64,000 nucleotides of DNA from an uncultured Fibrobacteria bacterium (GCA_963716395.1 OY970309.1:3456001-3520000); one strand, 5' to 3'; shown: positions 17,805 to 29,163, counted from the stretch's first letter. Translations and numbers: made by a program. The notes: generated from the sequence alone by a model not told the origin.

Positions 17805-19309
17805 TGCGGCGTTGGGCGTGGTGGGTTTGGCTGCTTTTGCCGGTGGTGGGCACCTTGTTCGCCTATCGGATGACCCAAGCCCCTACCCGCATTGAAACCG
17901 CGGCGTTCTTCATCCTGATTTTCATCGTTCCCACTCTCCGGTACCCGCGCTTCGGCGCCTATTACCTGATCGCGGTACCGCTCTTCATTCCCCTGTTCCG
18001 GCGCATGTATTATCTCGTGCATGCCCGCCCCACCCTCGACTACCTCATGCTCATCGGAGACGGCGTGATGGGCGGTTTCATTCTCGCGCTGACCATGATG
18101 TGGGTGCTGCGTAAAGAGCGGATCCACGACCCGCTTACACGGTGGCTGCTTATCTATGAAGCCCTGCTATTCGGCAAAATCTTTTTTCTGAACCAGGGCG
18201 GGGTGGTTGAGGGCTTATACGGCTACAAGTTCAACGGGCTGTTCGTGCTCTTTTATTTCGCCGGCAGCTATGTGCTGGAAGGCCATGCGGAGATCCGGAA
18301 AATCCTGAACTTCGGCGGCTGGATGCTGGCCGTGACCGCGGTTTACGGCATCAAGCAATTCCTGTTCGGCTTCACCAGCTTTGAGCAGCGCTGGCTCGAC
18401 TCGATCACCTTTACCACCTTGCGCATCGACGGGGTCGTGCGGATTTTCTCCACCTATGTTTCGCCCGCGGCCATGGCCGACGGCATGAGCATTCTCCTGC
18501 TGTTGGGATCGTGGGCGCTCATGCGCAAATCCCTGCTGGGCAGATTCCAGGGCTTGGTCTTTTCCGCTCTGTCGGTGGCACCCTTGGTGCTGGCCACGGT
18601 ACGCACCAGTTGGGCCGCGGCCGCGGCCGGTCTTTTGTTTTTCTGGTGCTTTCTGCGACTGCGCCAGGGCTGGCTGCGCTGGACGCTGTTCGTCCTGGTC
18701 CTGGTGTCGGTGGTGGTCTACGCCACCCACAGCGATTCCACGGCCGATACGCAGAACACCGCCTTCGCGCACGACCTCAGCGCCGGAAAGGAAAGCAAAA
18801 CCGATATTTTAATCACGAATCGTACCGAAGCTCTGGCCAACCCCCTGGGCGAGTACAGCATTCAAAAGCGGTTTCAAATCTGGCAGGAAATCTGGTATTT
18901 CGCCGTGCGCAATCCCCTGGGCCGCGGCCAGGGCACCAACGGTTACGCCCACAGCTATTACTTCCAGGTGCTGGGTGAAATCGGCTTTCCCGGGCTTTTC
19001 GTCTTTCTGGTCCTGATCTTCCTCGGCTTTAAACGCGGCTTTCAGATCGTGCGGCAGACGCGCGATCCCGAGGTGGCGGAAACCGCGCGCTTCGGCATGA
19101 CCCTGCTCTTCGTTTTTTCCATTCTCAACCTGACCGGCACGCATTTGCACAGCAACCCCGGCAACGTGTACTTCTGGTTTACGCTGGGAATGCTGGCCCA
19201 ACTGTACCGGCGCTGCCGCGAGGAAGCGCCGGCTCCGCAGCCGGAGCCGGCGGCGGTTCGGCCGGCCCCTTGGGCCGTGGCACGTATGGCTGGTGGCGAA
19301 CGTGGATAA
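17804..19309 (+). CDS. Wzy polymerase / O-antigen ligase family membrane protein
   Basis: Multi-TM; TVRTSW, RFQIW, NPLGRGQG, AHSYYFQVLGEIGFPGL (Wzy_C-type motif). Confidence 0.85.
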   Translation: MRRWAWWVWLLLPVVGTLFAYRMTQAPTRIETAAFFILIFIVPTLRYPRFGAYYLIAVPLFIPLFRRMYYLVHARPTLDYLMLIGDGVMGGFILALTMMWVLRKERIHDPLTRWLLIYEALLFGKIFFLNQGGVVEGLYGYKFNGLFVLFYFAGSYVLEGHAEIRKILNFGGWMLAVTAVYGIKQFLFGFTSFEQRWLDSITFTTLRIDGVVRIFSTYVSPAAMADGMSILLLLGSWALMRKSLLGRFQGLVFSALSVAPLVLATVRTSWAAAAAGLLFFWCFLRLRQGWLRWTLFVLVLVSVVVYATHSDSTADTQNTAFAHDLSAGKESKTDILITNRTEALANPLGEYSIQKRFQIWQEIWYFAVRNPLGRGQGTNGYAHSYYFQVLGEIGFPGLFVFLVLIFLGFKRGFQIVRQTRDPEVAETARFGMTLLFVFSILNLTGTHLHSNPGNVYFWFTLGMLAQLYRRCREEAPAPQPEPAAVRPAPWAVARMAGGERG

Positions 19310-20393
19310 AACCGTCGCCGTGGTCGGCCATCCTCTGGCAGCCCCCGAGAATCGGGCGGCGTTTGCGCACTGGCGGTCCTTGCAACCCCGGCTCATCGCC
19401 CCGCAGGTTTGGCCCGCCCGAAACTTGGGTGTTACCTATGCGGCTCCGATCGAACCGCCTTCCCATCTCCGCTTTCTCCCCTGCCGCTGGCCCGGTCGCA
19501 ATGCGTTTTTCTGGTGGCGCGGTTTGGAGCCGGCGCTCGACGCCTGGCAGCCGGCGCTGCTGTACTGTTGGGAAGAACCCTGGTGCCTGAGCGCCGGGCA
19601 AGCCTGCCGCTGGGCCGCGCGCCGCGGCATTCCCTTCGTATTCTACAGCGCCGAGAACCGCCCCAAATCGCTGCCCCCGCCCTTCCGCGCCGTGCTTCGC
19701 TACGTGGCGGCACGGGCGCGGGCCTGCGTGGTTCCGACCGCAGACAGCGCCGCCAACGTCAAGCGCCTCGGGTTTTCCGGGCCGGCGTTGGTGGTGCCGT
19801 TGTGGCTGGCGCCGCGCGCCGTCTTGCATCCCGATTTCGCGGGCAAAACCCTGGCCTATGTCGGTCGCCTCATCCCCTTGAAGCGGGTTGATCTGTTGAT
19901 CGCCGCCTTGCCGTTGTTGCCGGAGTTTCGCCTGCGCCTGCTCGGCGACGGACCCGAGCGTTTAGCGCTGGCGTCCCTGGCCGAGCGCCTCGGGGTGGCC
20001 GAGCGCGTGCGTTTCCTGGGTTATGTCCCCCATCCCGATTTGGAGGCGGCGCTGGCCGGCTGCGCGTGTCTGCTTTTGCCCACCGCCGCGAACACGCACC
20101 AGGCCGAGCAATTCGGCAAAGCCGCCCTCGAAGGGGTATTATGCGGGTTACCGGTGATCGTGGCGCGTTCGGGTCAATTGCCCGGTTGGGCCGAGGCGCT
20201 GGAAACCGTGTCATGCCTCGAAGCCTGGAGTCCCGAGGCCGTGCGCGACGCCGTGCGGCGCTTATGGGAGAATCCGCCGGCGGCGGAAAAACTGGCGGCG
20301 GCGCGGGAATGGGTGGCGCAACGCTTCTCCGCCTCCGCCGTGGGGGCCAAGCTGGAATCGGCGTTGCAAAACTTGCTGGAGCCGGCGCCATGA
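19293..20393 (+). CDS. Glycosyltransferase family 4
   Basis: YVGRLIPLKRVD, LGDGPER, EQFGKAALEG. Confidence 0.88.
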   Translation: MANVDKTVAVVGHPLAAPENRAAFAHWRSLQPRLIAPQVWPARNLGVTYAAPIEPPSHLRFLPCRWPGRNAFFWWRGLEPALDAWQPALLYCWEEPWCLSAGQACRWAARRGIPFVFYSAENRPKSLPPPFRAVLRYVAARARACVVPTADSAANVKRLGFSGPALVVPLWLAPRAVLHPDFAGKTLAYVGRLIPLKRVDLLIAALPLLPEFRLRLLGDGPERLALASLAERLGVAERVRFLGYVPHPDLEAALAGCACLLLPTAANTHQAEQFGKAALEGVLCGLPVIVARSGQLPGWAEALETVSCLEAWSPEAVRDAVRRLWENPPAAEKLAAAREWVAQRFSASAVGAKLESALQNLLEPAP

Positions 20394-21505
20394 AGCGCAG
20401 CAATGCCTGGGTGCGCGTTCTGGAACGCGGCTTGAGCCCCGGGCTGCGCCGCCTGGCCGGCCAACCCCACCGCGGTCCCGCGCCGGAGCCCGCCCGGGTG
20501 CTGATTTGCAAAACCTGCTGTTTGGGCGATGCCGTGCTTTCGCTATACGCCATACGGGCTTTCAAGCAGTCCTATCCCCAGACGCGCCTGGAAATACTGG
20601 GCACCGAGCGCATCCGCGAAGTCTACGCCGATGCGCCTTGGATCGACGCCGTGCACGTGTTGCCCGTCACCGGGCGGCGGTTGGCGGCCGAATTGCTGGC
20701 GCCGGTTTTTTGGCTGCGCCTGTTGCGAATTCTCTGGCGCCTGCGCCGGCAGCACTTCGACTGGCTGGTCGATCTGGAATTGTACCGCGGCTATGGACCC
20801 GCTCTGAAGCGCCTGCTCGGCATTCCCTTTGCGCGCGGCTTTCACGTCGAAGGGTTGCCGGCGCCGCCGCATGACGCGGTTTTTTTTCGCGGCCGCCGCG
20901 ATCCCGAATGGCGCGGGTTTTTCGGCGTCTTCGCCTTGCCCTTGCCGGCGGAGGCGCCGGCTCCGCTGTATGCGCGTCCGCTCCCCGAAACCGGTGCGGC
21001 GCGCCGCGTGGGCGTGGTGTTCGGATCGTCTTTCAATTGGCCGGAGAAGAAATGGCCTTTGGATCGTTACGCCGCGGTACTGTCGCGTCTGGCCGCGCCG
21101 GATTTGGAATTCGTGCTGTTCGGCTCGGCCTGGGAAGCGCCGGAGGCGCAAACCCTGCTGGCCACGGCGCGCGCTCGGGTTCGCTCCACCGCGGGCGCTT
21201 TGGATTTCACCGGACTCAAACGCACGCTGGCGCAATGCGACCTGGTATTCGGCAATGACACCGGGGCCTTGCACCTGGCGGCGGCGGCGGGCGTGCCTAC
21301 CTTGGTCCTGTTCGGTCCGACCTCGCCGGAAAAATGGATGCCCCTGGGTGGCACCGGCCTGTGGCTCGAGGATTTGGCCTGCCGCCCGTGCTATTATCTC
21401 AGCAGTATGCCGGAATGCAGCCACCATGATTGTTTACGGCACTTAACTGTGGATCGTGTCGCCGATCGCCTGCGCGAATTGCTGTCGGCGCCAGCGCCGG
21501 TGTGA
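20390..21505 (+). CDS. Glycosyltransferase family 9 (ADP-heptose transferase-like)
   Basis: LGDAVL, KKWP, GNDTGALHLAAAAGVPTLVLFGPT, C-terminal CRPC...C...CL. Confidence 0.92.
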   Translation: MKRSNAWVRVLERGLSPGLRRLAGQPHRGPAPEPARVLICKTCCLGDAVLSLYAIRAFKQSYPQTRLEILGTERIREVYADAPWIDAVHVLPVTGRRLAAELLAPVFWLRLLRILWRLRRQHFDWLVDLELYRGYGPALKRLLGIPFARGFHVEGLPAPPHDAVFFRGRRDPEWRGFFGVFALPLPAEAPAPLYARPLPETGAARRVGVVFGSSFNWPEKKWPLDRYAAVLSRLAAPDLEFVLFGSAWEAPEAQTLLATARARVRSTAGALDFTGLKRTLAQCDLVFGNDTGALHLAAAAGVPTLVLFGPTSPEKWMPLGGTGLWLEDLACRPCYYLSSMPECSHHDCLRHLTVDRVADRLRELLSAPAPV

Positions 21506-21567
21506 GCGGCAGGGTTTCCCCGGGTGTGAACGTCGGCAGTGGCCCATCCGTACCTTTATTTAACCGC

Positions 21568-21594
21568 AGGCGTTTTTTTCTCCGCCTTGTTTTT
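21568..21594 (+). terminator. Weak intrinsic terminator candidate after the polysaccharide operon
   Basis: AGGCG/CGCCT 5-bp stem with a 10-nt loop, followed by TGTTTTT. Confidence 0.35.
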
Positions 21595-21707
21595 AAAAAA
21601 TTTCGGCCTTTTGTCGCTGCGTCAAATATTCCGCTTTCGCAGGACGTCCGCGGGAAATAGATTCCTTGGCGAAACCGACGCCTTCGCTACACTTGGGAAA
21701 AAACGCC

Positions 21708-22844
21708 ATGGTTCCTTCCAGCCCATCCCGCCGTCGCGGCATTTCCAGACTCTTTCTGGCCCTGGCTTTGACCCTGGCGGCGGTGTTCGGGGGGGGGTAT
21801 TTGCTATTGGGCCGCTCTGCGGGGCCGGTGGCGGAATCGGCCGAAACGTTTTCGAAAGACGGCCTGATTCTGTACGAAGTTCCCCGCAACGCCACCGCCA
21901 CCTTCCTGGCCTATGACCTGCATGCCAAGGGATTGCTGCCCTTTCCTTTCATTTTCAAAATGTTCATTCGCGTGACGGGTCAGGCACGGCGCATCCGCGC
22001 CGGCTATTACTATTTGCCGCCGCATAATTCGGTGCTAGAATTGGCCTACAAGTTGACCTCGGGTAAAATGGCCACGCAAACCGTCACCATACCCGAAGGC
22101 AAAACCAGTTGGGAAATCTACGGCCTGCTCAAGGCGCATTTCGACATCGACTCAGCCCGGTTCGATTCTTTGGTGCATTCGCAATCCTTCGCGCATTCCC
22201 TGGGTTTGAAAGCCCCGGGTCTGGAAGGTTATTTGTTTCCCGACACCTATATCCTGCCCTACCGCATTTCTTCCGAAGACGTGCTGCGCATCATGGTGCG
22301 GCGGTTCCAGCAGGAAATTGCGGATTTGCCGCATGATTCCTCCGCCGTGTTGCGTCGTTATGGAGAGCTCGGTTGGGTGACCCTGGCCTCCATCGTGGAA
22401 AAGGAGGCGGCCGTGCGCAATGAACAGGCCTTGATCGCCGGCGTGTTTTTCAACCGCCTGCAACAAGGCTGGACCTTGGGGGCAGATCCCACGGTGCGCT
22501 ACGCAGTGCACAAAATCACCGGCCCGTTGTATGTCGACGACTTGAATGTGAATTCGCCCTACAATACGCGGCGCTTTCCCGGATTGCCGCCCGGCCCCAT
22601 TTGCAATCCGGGCAAAAGCGCCCTGCTGGCCGCGCTCCAGCCCGAAAACACCAAGATGATGTTTTTCGTGGCCAAGGACGACGGATCGCACGAACATTAT
22701 TTTTCGGCCACCAACGAAGATCACGATCGCTACAAGGCCATGGCCGCCGATAACCGGCGCGCGCAGCAAGCAGCGGATTCGGAAACCAGTTCTACCGCCG
22801 ATCCCAAAACGCCGCCCCTGGCGGCCGTGCGCAAACCCCGTTAA
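21708..22844 (+). CDS. mltG: Endolytic transglycosylase MltG
   Basis: N-terminal TM, TIPEG, LEGYLFPDTY, LASIVEKE, ADPTV, SPYNT..GLPPGPICNPG. Confidence 0.95.
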   Translation: MVPSSPSRRRGISRLFLALALTLAAVFGGGYLLLGRSAGPVAESAETFSKDGLILYEVPRNATATFLAYDLHAKGLLPFPFIFKMFIRVTGQARRIRAGYYYLPPHNSVLELAYKLTSGKMATQTVTIPEGKTSWEIYGLLKAHFDIDSARFDSLVHSQSFAHSLGLKAPGLEGYLFPDTYILPYRISSEDVLRIMVRRFQQEIADLPHDSSAVLRRYGELGWVTLASIVEKEAAVRNEQALIAGVFFNRLQQGWTLGADPTVRYAVHKITGPLYVDDLNVNSPYNTRRFPGLPPGPICNPGKSALLAALQPENTKMMFFVAKDDGSHEHYFSATNEDHDRYKAMAADNRRAQQAADSETSSTADPKTPPLAAVRKPR

Positions 22845-23072
22845 CCGGCCGACGCTCCGCCGGAATCCGGCACGCCCCGGGGTTAACCGCCCCGTTTCCT
22901 TCCCGTCGCTTCCCCAGGCCCCGGGCCGGCCGCGCCGCCGTGACTTTGGATTCCTGGGATCTTTGAGCCGTTCAGCGTCCCCAGACGGCCGCGCGGGGCG
23001 CCTGGGGCTTTATTTGCCGTTCCGTTCTTGTCACAATATGGCGTGAAGATTTTTATCGCCGCGAAAAGCCGC

Positions 23073-26000
23073 ATGATTCAGGACGCGAGGTCTTTTTTTC
23101 ACCGTAGCCTGTATGTTTCCCTGGCCGCGGCTATGGCCGTGGCGGCGCAGTCGATGCGCTGTGATTTGGTGGGCGTCGACACCACCCTCAACGGCCATCA
23201 GGGCAAAACCTGTCTCGATGTTTCCGCACTCAAGAACCAAACCGTGGTCATTCCCGACAATGTTACGCGCCTGGATAACGACGGCTTCGCCTTGTGCCAA
23301 AGCCAGGTGACCACGGGGGGCAATACCGACATCGTGTATGTGTATGACAACTCGGGGAGCATGAACGCCAGCCTTTACTACTTCGACGGCACCGACACCT
23401 TGTTTTATTACGACGCCGGGCATTGCACCAACGCCGGCAACAATCAACCCACGGCCACCATTCGGGTTTGGAACGCGGGCGGGACCGCTCAAGTGAATAA
23501 AACTGTGACCCGATTGGCCTCGAATGACGGCTGCATAGATTATTCCGGCGATCCCTTCAACACCAAGGCCAGAGCGTATTGGCTGGCTTTGGCCAACCAA
23601 GGGACAAGGGCTACCCAGTCCACCGCAGGAATCATGTCTTTCACTTCCTCCGTACAATGATTTCCAACGCCCCTTGGCGATGAACGCAGCCAACGTGACA
23701 CCTTGCAAAACCGCATCAATGGCTCTGCCAACGGGGGCACCAACTATACATTTCCCTTGGAACTCGGCGCGATCTTTGGCTGGCGTCTCCCATCACCGCC
23801 AATCCCCAGCAAGGCAGTCATTTTCCTCTCCGACGGTAGGCCCAGCAATACCAATTATTTACCCTCAGTCCAAACACGCCTCCCATTTACGGCATTTTCC
23901 TGGGGGCACCGCAACCCGATACGGCGCGATTTCCTATTTGTCCGCAGAGACCGGAGGCAAGTTCTACCTCATCCCCCAAAACCGCCCCGACAGCTTGATC
24001 ACGGTGGTGAACAAAATCCTGAACATCCTGCTGTTGCAATTCAACCCCACGCAAGTCGTGGTCACCAACAGTACTTTGGCCCCGGCGCAAACCAGCAGCA
24101 GCACGGGCTTTCTCACCCAGGGCGACAGCATCAGTTGGCGCGTGGTCCTGGACAATATCGTGGCGTTGCAGCCCAACTCCAGCAATCACGTCAGCCTGAT
24201 TTCGAAATTCACCCAAGTGCAAAACCCCGCCGTGTCCGAATCTGACACCACGCAATTCATCTTGAGCACCACCGGTCCGGCCGCGGCCGGAGCGCAAGTC
24301 ATCAGCCCCTATAACCTGGAAACCCGCTGTTATCTCCCGTCGAAACTCCAATGGCTCACCAATGCCGGCGTGCGCCCGCCGTATTTCACCGAAGCCGATT
24401 CCAACAACGTGCGTCTGCAACTGCGCACCTCCGACAGCGGCTTGGCCTCGGTGAGCGCGGCCCTCTCCACCCATCGTCCCACTGTCGACGCCGAAACCGG
24501 CGCCCTGCCGCGCACGGCGGTGTTCGCCGACTCGACCCGCTTCTCGACCTTGATTTCCATGCGCGTGGCGGCGGCCGCCACGGCCGGCGACGGCACGCTC
24601 GAACCGTTTTATTTCGACTCGCTGATCGCGCGTTGGGCGCATCCGCGCGATCCTTCGGACACGGCGCGCGACACCATTTTGGTGCGGCCCGCCAATGTGC
24701 AGGCCACGACCTGGTTTGCGGCGGACTCGGCGGGTACTCCCGTGGCGGGCGGCGTCTTTCCGGGCTCGGCCACCGCGATGTGGATTGTGGTGCAGGACAA
24801 CCGTGCCACGCCGGGTCTCGCTTATTCCGTCACCATCACCAGCGACAGCCTGGGGACCGATCAAATCACCTTGACGTTGGCGCCGGTACCGGGACGTCCC
24901 GGCGTCTTCACGGTGCAAATTCCCTTCGCCGTGAACAGTGTGAAAACCACCAGCGATGGGACGCTGCAAATTTCTCCTGCCGGGGATCAGCTGCACGCCG
25001 CCTACACCGATCCTTTTTACGGCGATAAGGCGCAAGCCGCGGCCGGCTTCGGAGTCTCGGTGGAAGAACCCGCTGCCCTGGTATTCACCGACGCCGGCGG
25101 AACCGTGCTGCCTGACAGCGCGATCTGGTCGCTGAGCCACGGTCAGGTATATGTGAAATTCACCGATGACAAGGTCGATTCGGTGCGCACTGTTCCCGTG
25201 CATTTCCAGGTGAACAGCTTAAAGCTGGGACAAGCCGTCGCCACGGACCAGGAGTCGGGAGCTTTGCTCAACCCGTTGGCGGTGACGCAGACGCTGAATG
25301 CCTGGAGCGACAGTTTTGCGGTGGCCGAGCAATTGCATCCCACCGCTAACAACGGCGTGCTCGAAGGCGGCTACCGCATGGTGGTGATCGCTTCGGTTCC
25401 GGCGCATGACAATGTCGGCCAGCCCACGGGCCAAACCGTGACCCGCACCTTGGTCCTGGCCTGGCCCGATTCGCAGCCCTCGCTGACTTTCGCCCAACAC
25501 GTGAACACGGTCAACCCCAAAGGTCCGGTCGACGTGGTGCTGACGTTGACGGATCAGGACTTCGTACACAACGCACCTGATACGGTGACGGCTACGGCGC
25601 TGTGCCCGGCATCCGGCGACAGCGTTGCGGGATTGCGCTTCTCCCAAACTGCGGTGGGAACCTATGTATCCGATACGTTGTTCCGCAACGGAGCGGCGGC
25701 CAACACCGCGGATGGAGTCCTTTCCTGCCCGGCCGGCGGCGATGTGGTCATCGATTATACCGATCCCGTGTACGGCGGAGTGAGTACCTGGACCTTGCAT
25801 GAGGCGGCCATGCCCGCAGCCAATCCTGCAGACGGCACGGTTTTCACCTCACAACTCGATGTGGCCCTCACTTCGGCCACGCCGGGCGCGCTCCTCACCT
25901 ACACCTTGAACGATTCGGTTCCGGTTCCGGGCCGGCCCCTGGTCTATTCCGGACCCATCCCGCTCATCGCCGCCGACACTTTGGAGGCGGTGGCTTCGGC

Positions 26001-29000
26001 CAACGGCTATTTGCGCAGTTGGGTGATGACCGCGATTTACCCACACCAACCCAAGCCGTCGGCGATCCGCATTCTCGACGCCAACGGCAATCCGGTGCCG
26101 GGTCGCACCCTTACCGACGCCGCCGGAGCCGTGCAAATTCAATTACAAACCTCGCAAGGCGGATTGGGCGCGGTCAGCGCTTCCATCCGTTCGGCGCATC
26201 TCGGCGACGCGGAAAATCCCGTGCTCGGCACCCAATCCTTTGACGGCCAAACCCATGTGTACACGGGCAACATCGACCTCAAGGGCGGAGCCGCGGTCGC
26301 GTCGTCAGGCGACGACACCTTGCAAACCGCTTTGCCCGACACCTTGATCGCGACCTGGCGCAACCCCTTGGATTCGGCCGATGTGGTGGCCGACACCGTG
26401 TTCATCGTGCCCGGCTACGTCGCCTCGACGGTTTGCTTTTCCGCCTCACTGGGCGGCGCCTGCCTGAACCCGAACCAATACAACAACGGTACAACCACGG
26501 CCTATGTCGTGGTGCATACCCGAGCCGGTGTGCCCGGTCAGTATGCGGTGACGGTGTCGTCGTCGACCGGTGGAAGCGACGCGGTCAACAACATCCCGCT
26601 CCTCGAAATCGGATCGGGTTCGGGCGTGTATTCGGCCGCCGTGACCTTGCAGGAGGGCCCCAAGAATCCGACGGACTCGATTCTCCAGGTTTCCGTGCTG
26701 GATCAGTTGCTGGCCCGTTTCATCCATCCCGTCTACCACGACACCACCTACGATGCGGCAGGTTACGGCCAGCTCGCGAATGAAGTGGCAACCTTGCGCT
26801 TTCTCGACACACTCGGCAATGTGCTCGCACCCAACGCCCTGTATTCGACCGCCAACGGCCGGATCGGCGTGCGCTATGTCGACGATTATTCCGCGGCCAT
26901 CGCCGCCAAGGTCGACGACACCCTGCGCCTCATCAACGACATACTGCGCAGCGGGGTGAGCCTCGGGGGCGACACCGAGAAGGTGGTCCTCGCCTACGAC
27001 ACGGCCGTGAAGGCCTGGACCGGCACGGTGATCCTGCGCGACAACCTTCCCCGGTCCGGAGACGACACCGTCGAATCGGAATACCGCGGGCAATTGACCG
27101 GAGTGGTCAATTCGCATGACGATACGGGCGCGGCCGACGGGGGCGCCGCCACCGCCAAAGTGGTGATCGCCTATCCGGATCAGAATGCCGCGCTGACCGT
27201 CACCGACACGCATGGCGGCGGCAGCGTGACGCGCCTTACCGACAGTCTTTCCATCACGCTCCGGGATCAGATTTTCACCCTGGCGCCGGGGGCCAAGGTG
27301 GCGGTGAGCGTCAGTTGCCTGGGTTCGGGGGATCATGAAGACACGGTGTGGCTGGTGAGCCGGGGCGACGGCACTTATACCCTGACCGCGCCGCTGCCGA
27401 AAGATGAGCAACTCTCCGGCACGCCCACGGCCAACGACGGCCGGCTGGCCTGCCGCGAAAACGACATCGTGCAAATCGATTACGTCGACCCCGTCTACGG
27501 TTCGCCCTTGCGCCTGCAAGTATCGTGGACCGAATCGAGCCTGGTAAAACTCTGGTTCGAGTCGGCCGCCGACTCTGCACACATCGTGTCGGTGGCCGAC
27601 GGCGCGGCCGCGCGCTTTCTGGCGGTGGTGCAGGCGGCCAGCACTACCCGCAACCGGCGCGATACCCTCGGCATCGTTTTCACCACGCCGCAGGGCGAAC
27701 GCGAAACCTTCCCGGCGGTGGAAACCGGCGTGTACACGGGCCTGTTCATCGCTTCGGTGCCCTATGGCTTCACTTTGGCGGCACCCGTGCGCGACGACCG
27801 GAACCTGGAAGCCGAACTGGTTCCGGGTGCGAATACGGCCGTGGTGGCCACGGCGACAGTTCTATCGAGCCAGGGCGATTCCACGGCGGCGGAAATCACC
27901 CTGTTTTCGCAATTCGACGCGGTGGTGCGCGGCTACGTGCGCGATCGTGACGGCGATGGGAGGGCAGACGCGGTGTACCTGGTGTTCGGTAAAAAACCCC
28001 CGCGCCTGCCGGCTTCGCTCGATTCCCTGTATTGGAATGACAGCCTCGCCGCCGACCGACGCAGCGTTTCGGGTTCCCAGCTTTCGCTGTCGCCCGACAG
28101 CTTGACCCTCATCGCCGATTTGTCGGGCGACCCATTTCCGCAATTTCTCACCGGGATATCCGGGGGCGGTACGCCGACGGCGCTGCTGCCGGCCGACGCG
28201 GTGTTCGGCGGGGTGCATGTGCCGTTGGCCGATTCGGTGGGGCCGGTTCCCATGGCGGCCGTAAAGCATCCTTCGGATCTCCATGCCATTCCCCAGGGCA
28301 ACGGGCAGTCGATTTTTGTGCCGGACACACTTGTGATTACCGTTTCGGAACCGATACAAACCCAAAATACCTGGGACGGCGTGTTCCGCTACAGCAAGTC
28401 TTCGAATTGCAGCGATTCGGCGGCCTATCTGAGCAGCGCGCCCATTTCCACCGCCGGCTTCGGCGAACCCGTACCCAATTCCGACCAAAGTCAATTCACC
28501 CTGTACGTAAACAACCAGGTCTTTGTCGGCAACTGCATCTATCTCGAACGCAACGGAACTTTCACCGATCGGCCCGGCAATGCGCCCGGACGCCTGGGAA
28601 TCAATTTGGGCGGCGCCGATCCGGTGCAGGTGATTCGCGACATGGCCGGCTATCCGCCCGTGGCCGGTTTGCCCCTGCAAACACCGCAATACCAGGTGGT
28701 GAACCAAGATTCCCGGGTGCTGACCGCGGCGGGCGGCACGGGCATTCTGTGGATTCCACCCGTGGATTGGAATGAAGGCCAGGATTACCATCCGGTGGTC
28801 AATGTCAGCCCCGGCGACCCGCCCAAGAGCGGCGCGGTGGACCATCAGGGCCAGGTGGAATTGCCGACGGGGATCAGCGTGGTGCAGGTCATCACGTCGG
28901 GCCGCTACGTCGCCTCGATTTCTCTGTTCGACCAATTCGGTAATTTCGTGAAGTCGTGGCAACAGCAATTCGGCTACGACGGCGAATTGACGAATCCGTT

Positions 29001-29163
29001 GCGCATTACCGACAAAGGCGTGCGCTCTTATCTGGTATGGGACGAGCGCGGCGCCAACGGCCAATTGGCCGGCAATGGGGTGTATGTGTGGCGGGTGTAC
29101 TTTCGTTTTGACGCCAACAAAGATGAGGTACGCCTCATCCGCACCGGCTTGGTGCGGCCATAA
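23073..29163 (+). CDS. Giant secreted vWA-domain surface protein (about 2,000 aa once indels at 23650-23940 are repaired)
   Basis: Signal peptide and MIDAS DNSGS. vWA pieces (GGTNY, AVIFLSDG, PIYGIFLG, LSAETGG) are spread over three frames. Then a duplicated beta-rich block, a chitobiase C-terminal-like module, DRDGDGRAD and a C-terminal WD...GNGVYVW. Confidence 0.8.

Noticed and set aside
21539-21916. 125-aa ORF with a hydrophobic start upstream of mltG
   Set aside because: Overlaps mltG out of frame; the hydrophobicity comes from T-rich terminator and promoter DNA.
23490-23950. Diversity-generating retroelement target
   Set aside because: No reverse transcriptase or template repeat in the window, and the changes are largely indels rather than adenine-specific substitutions.
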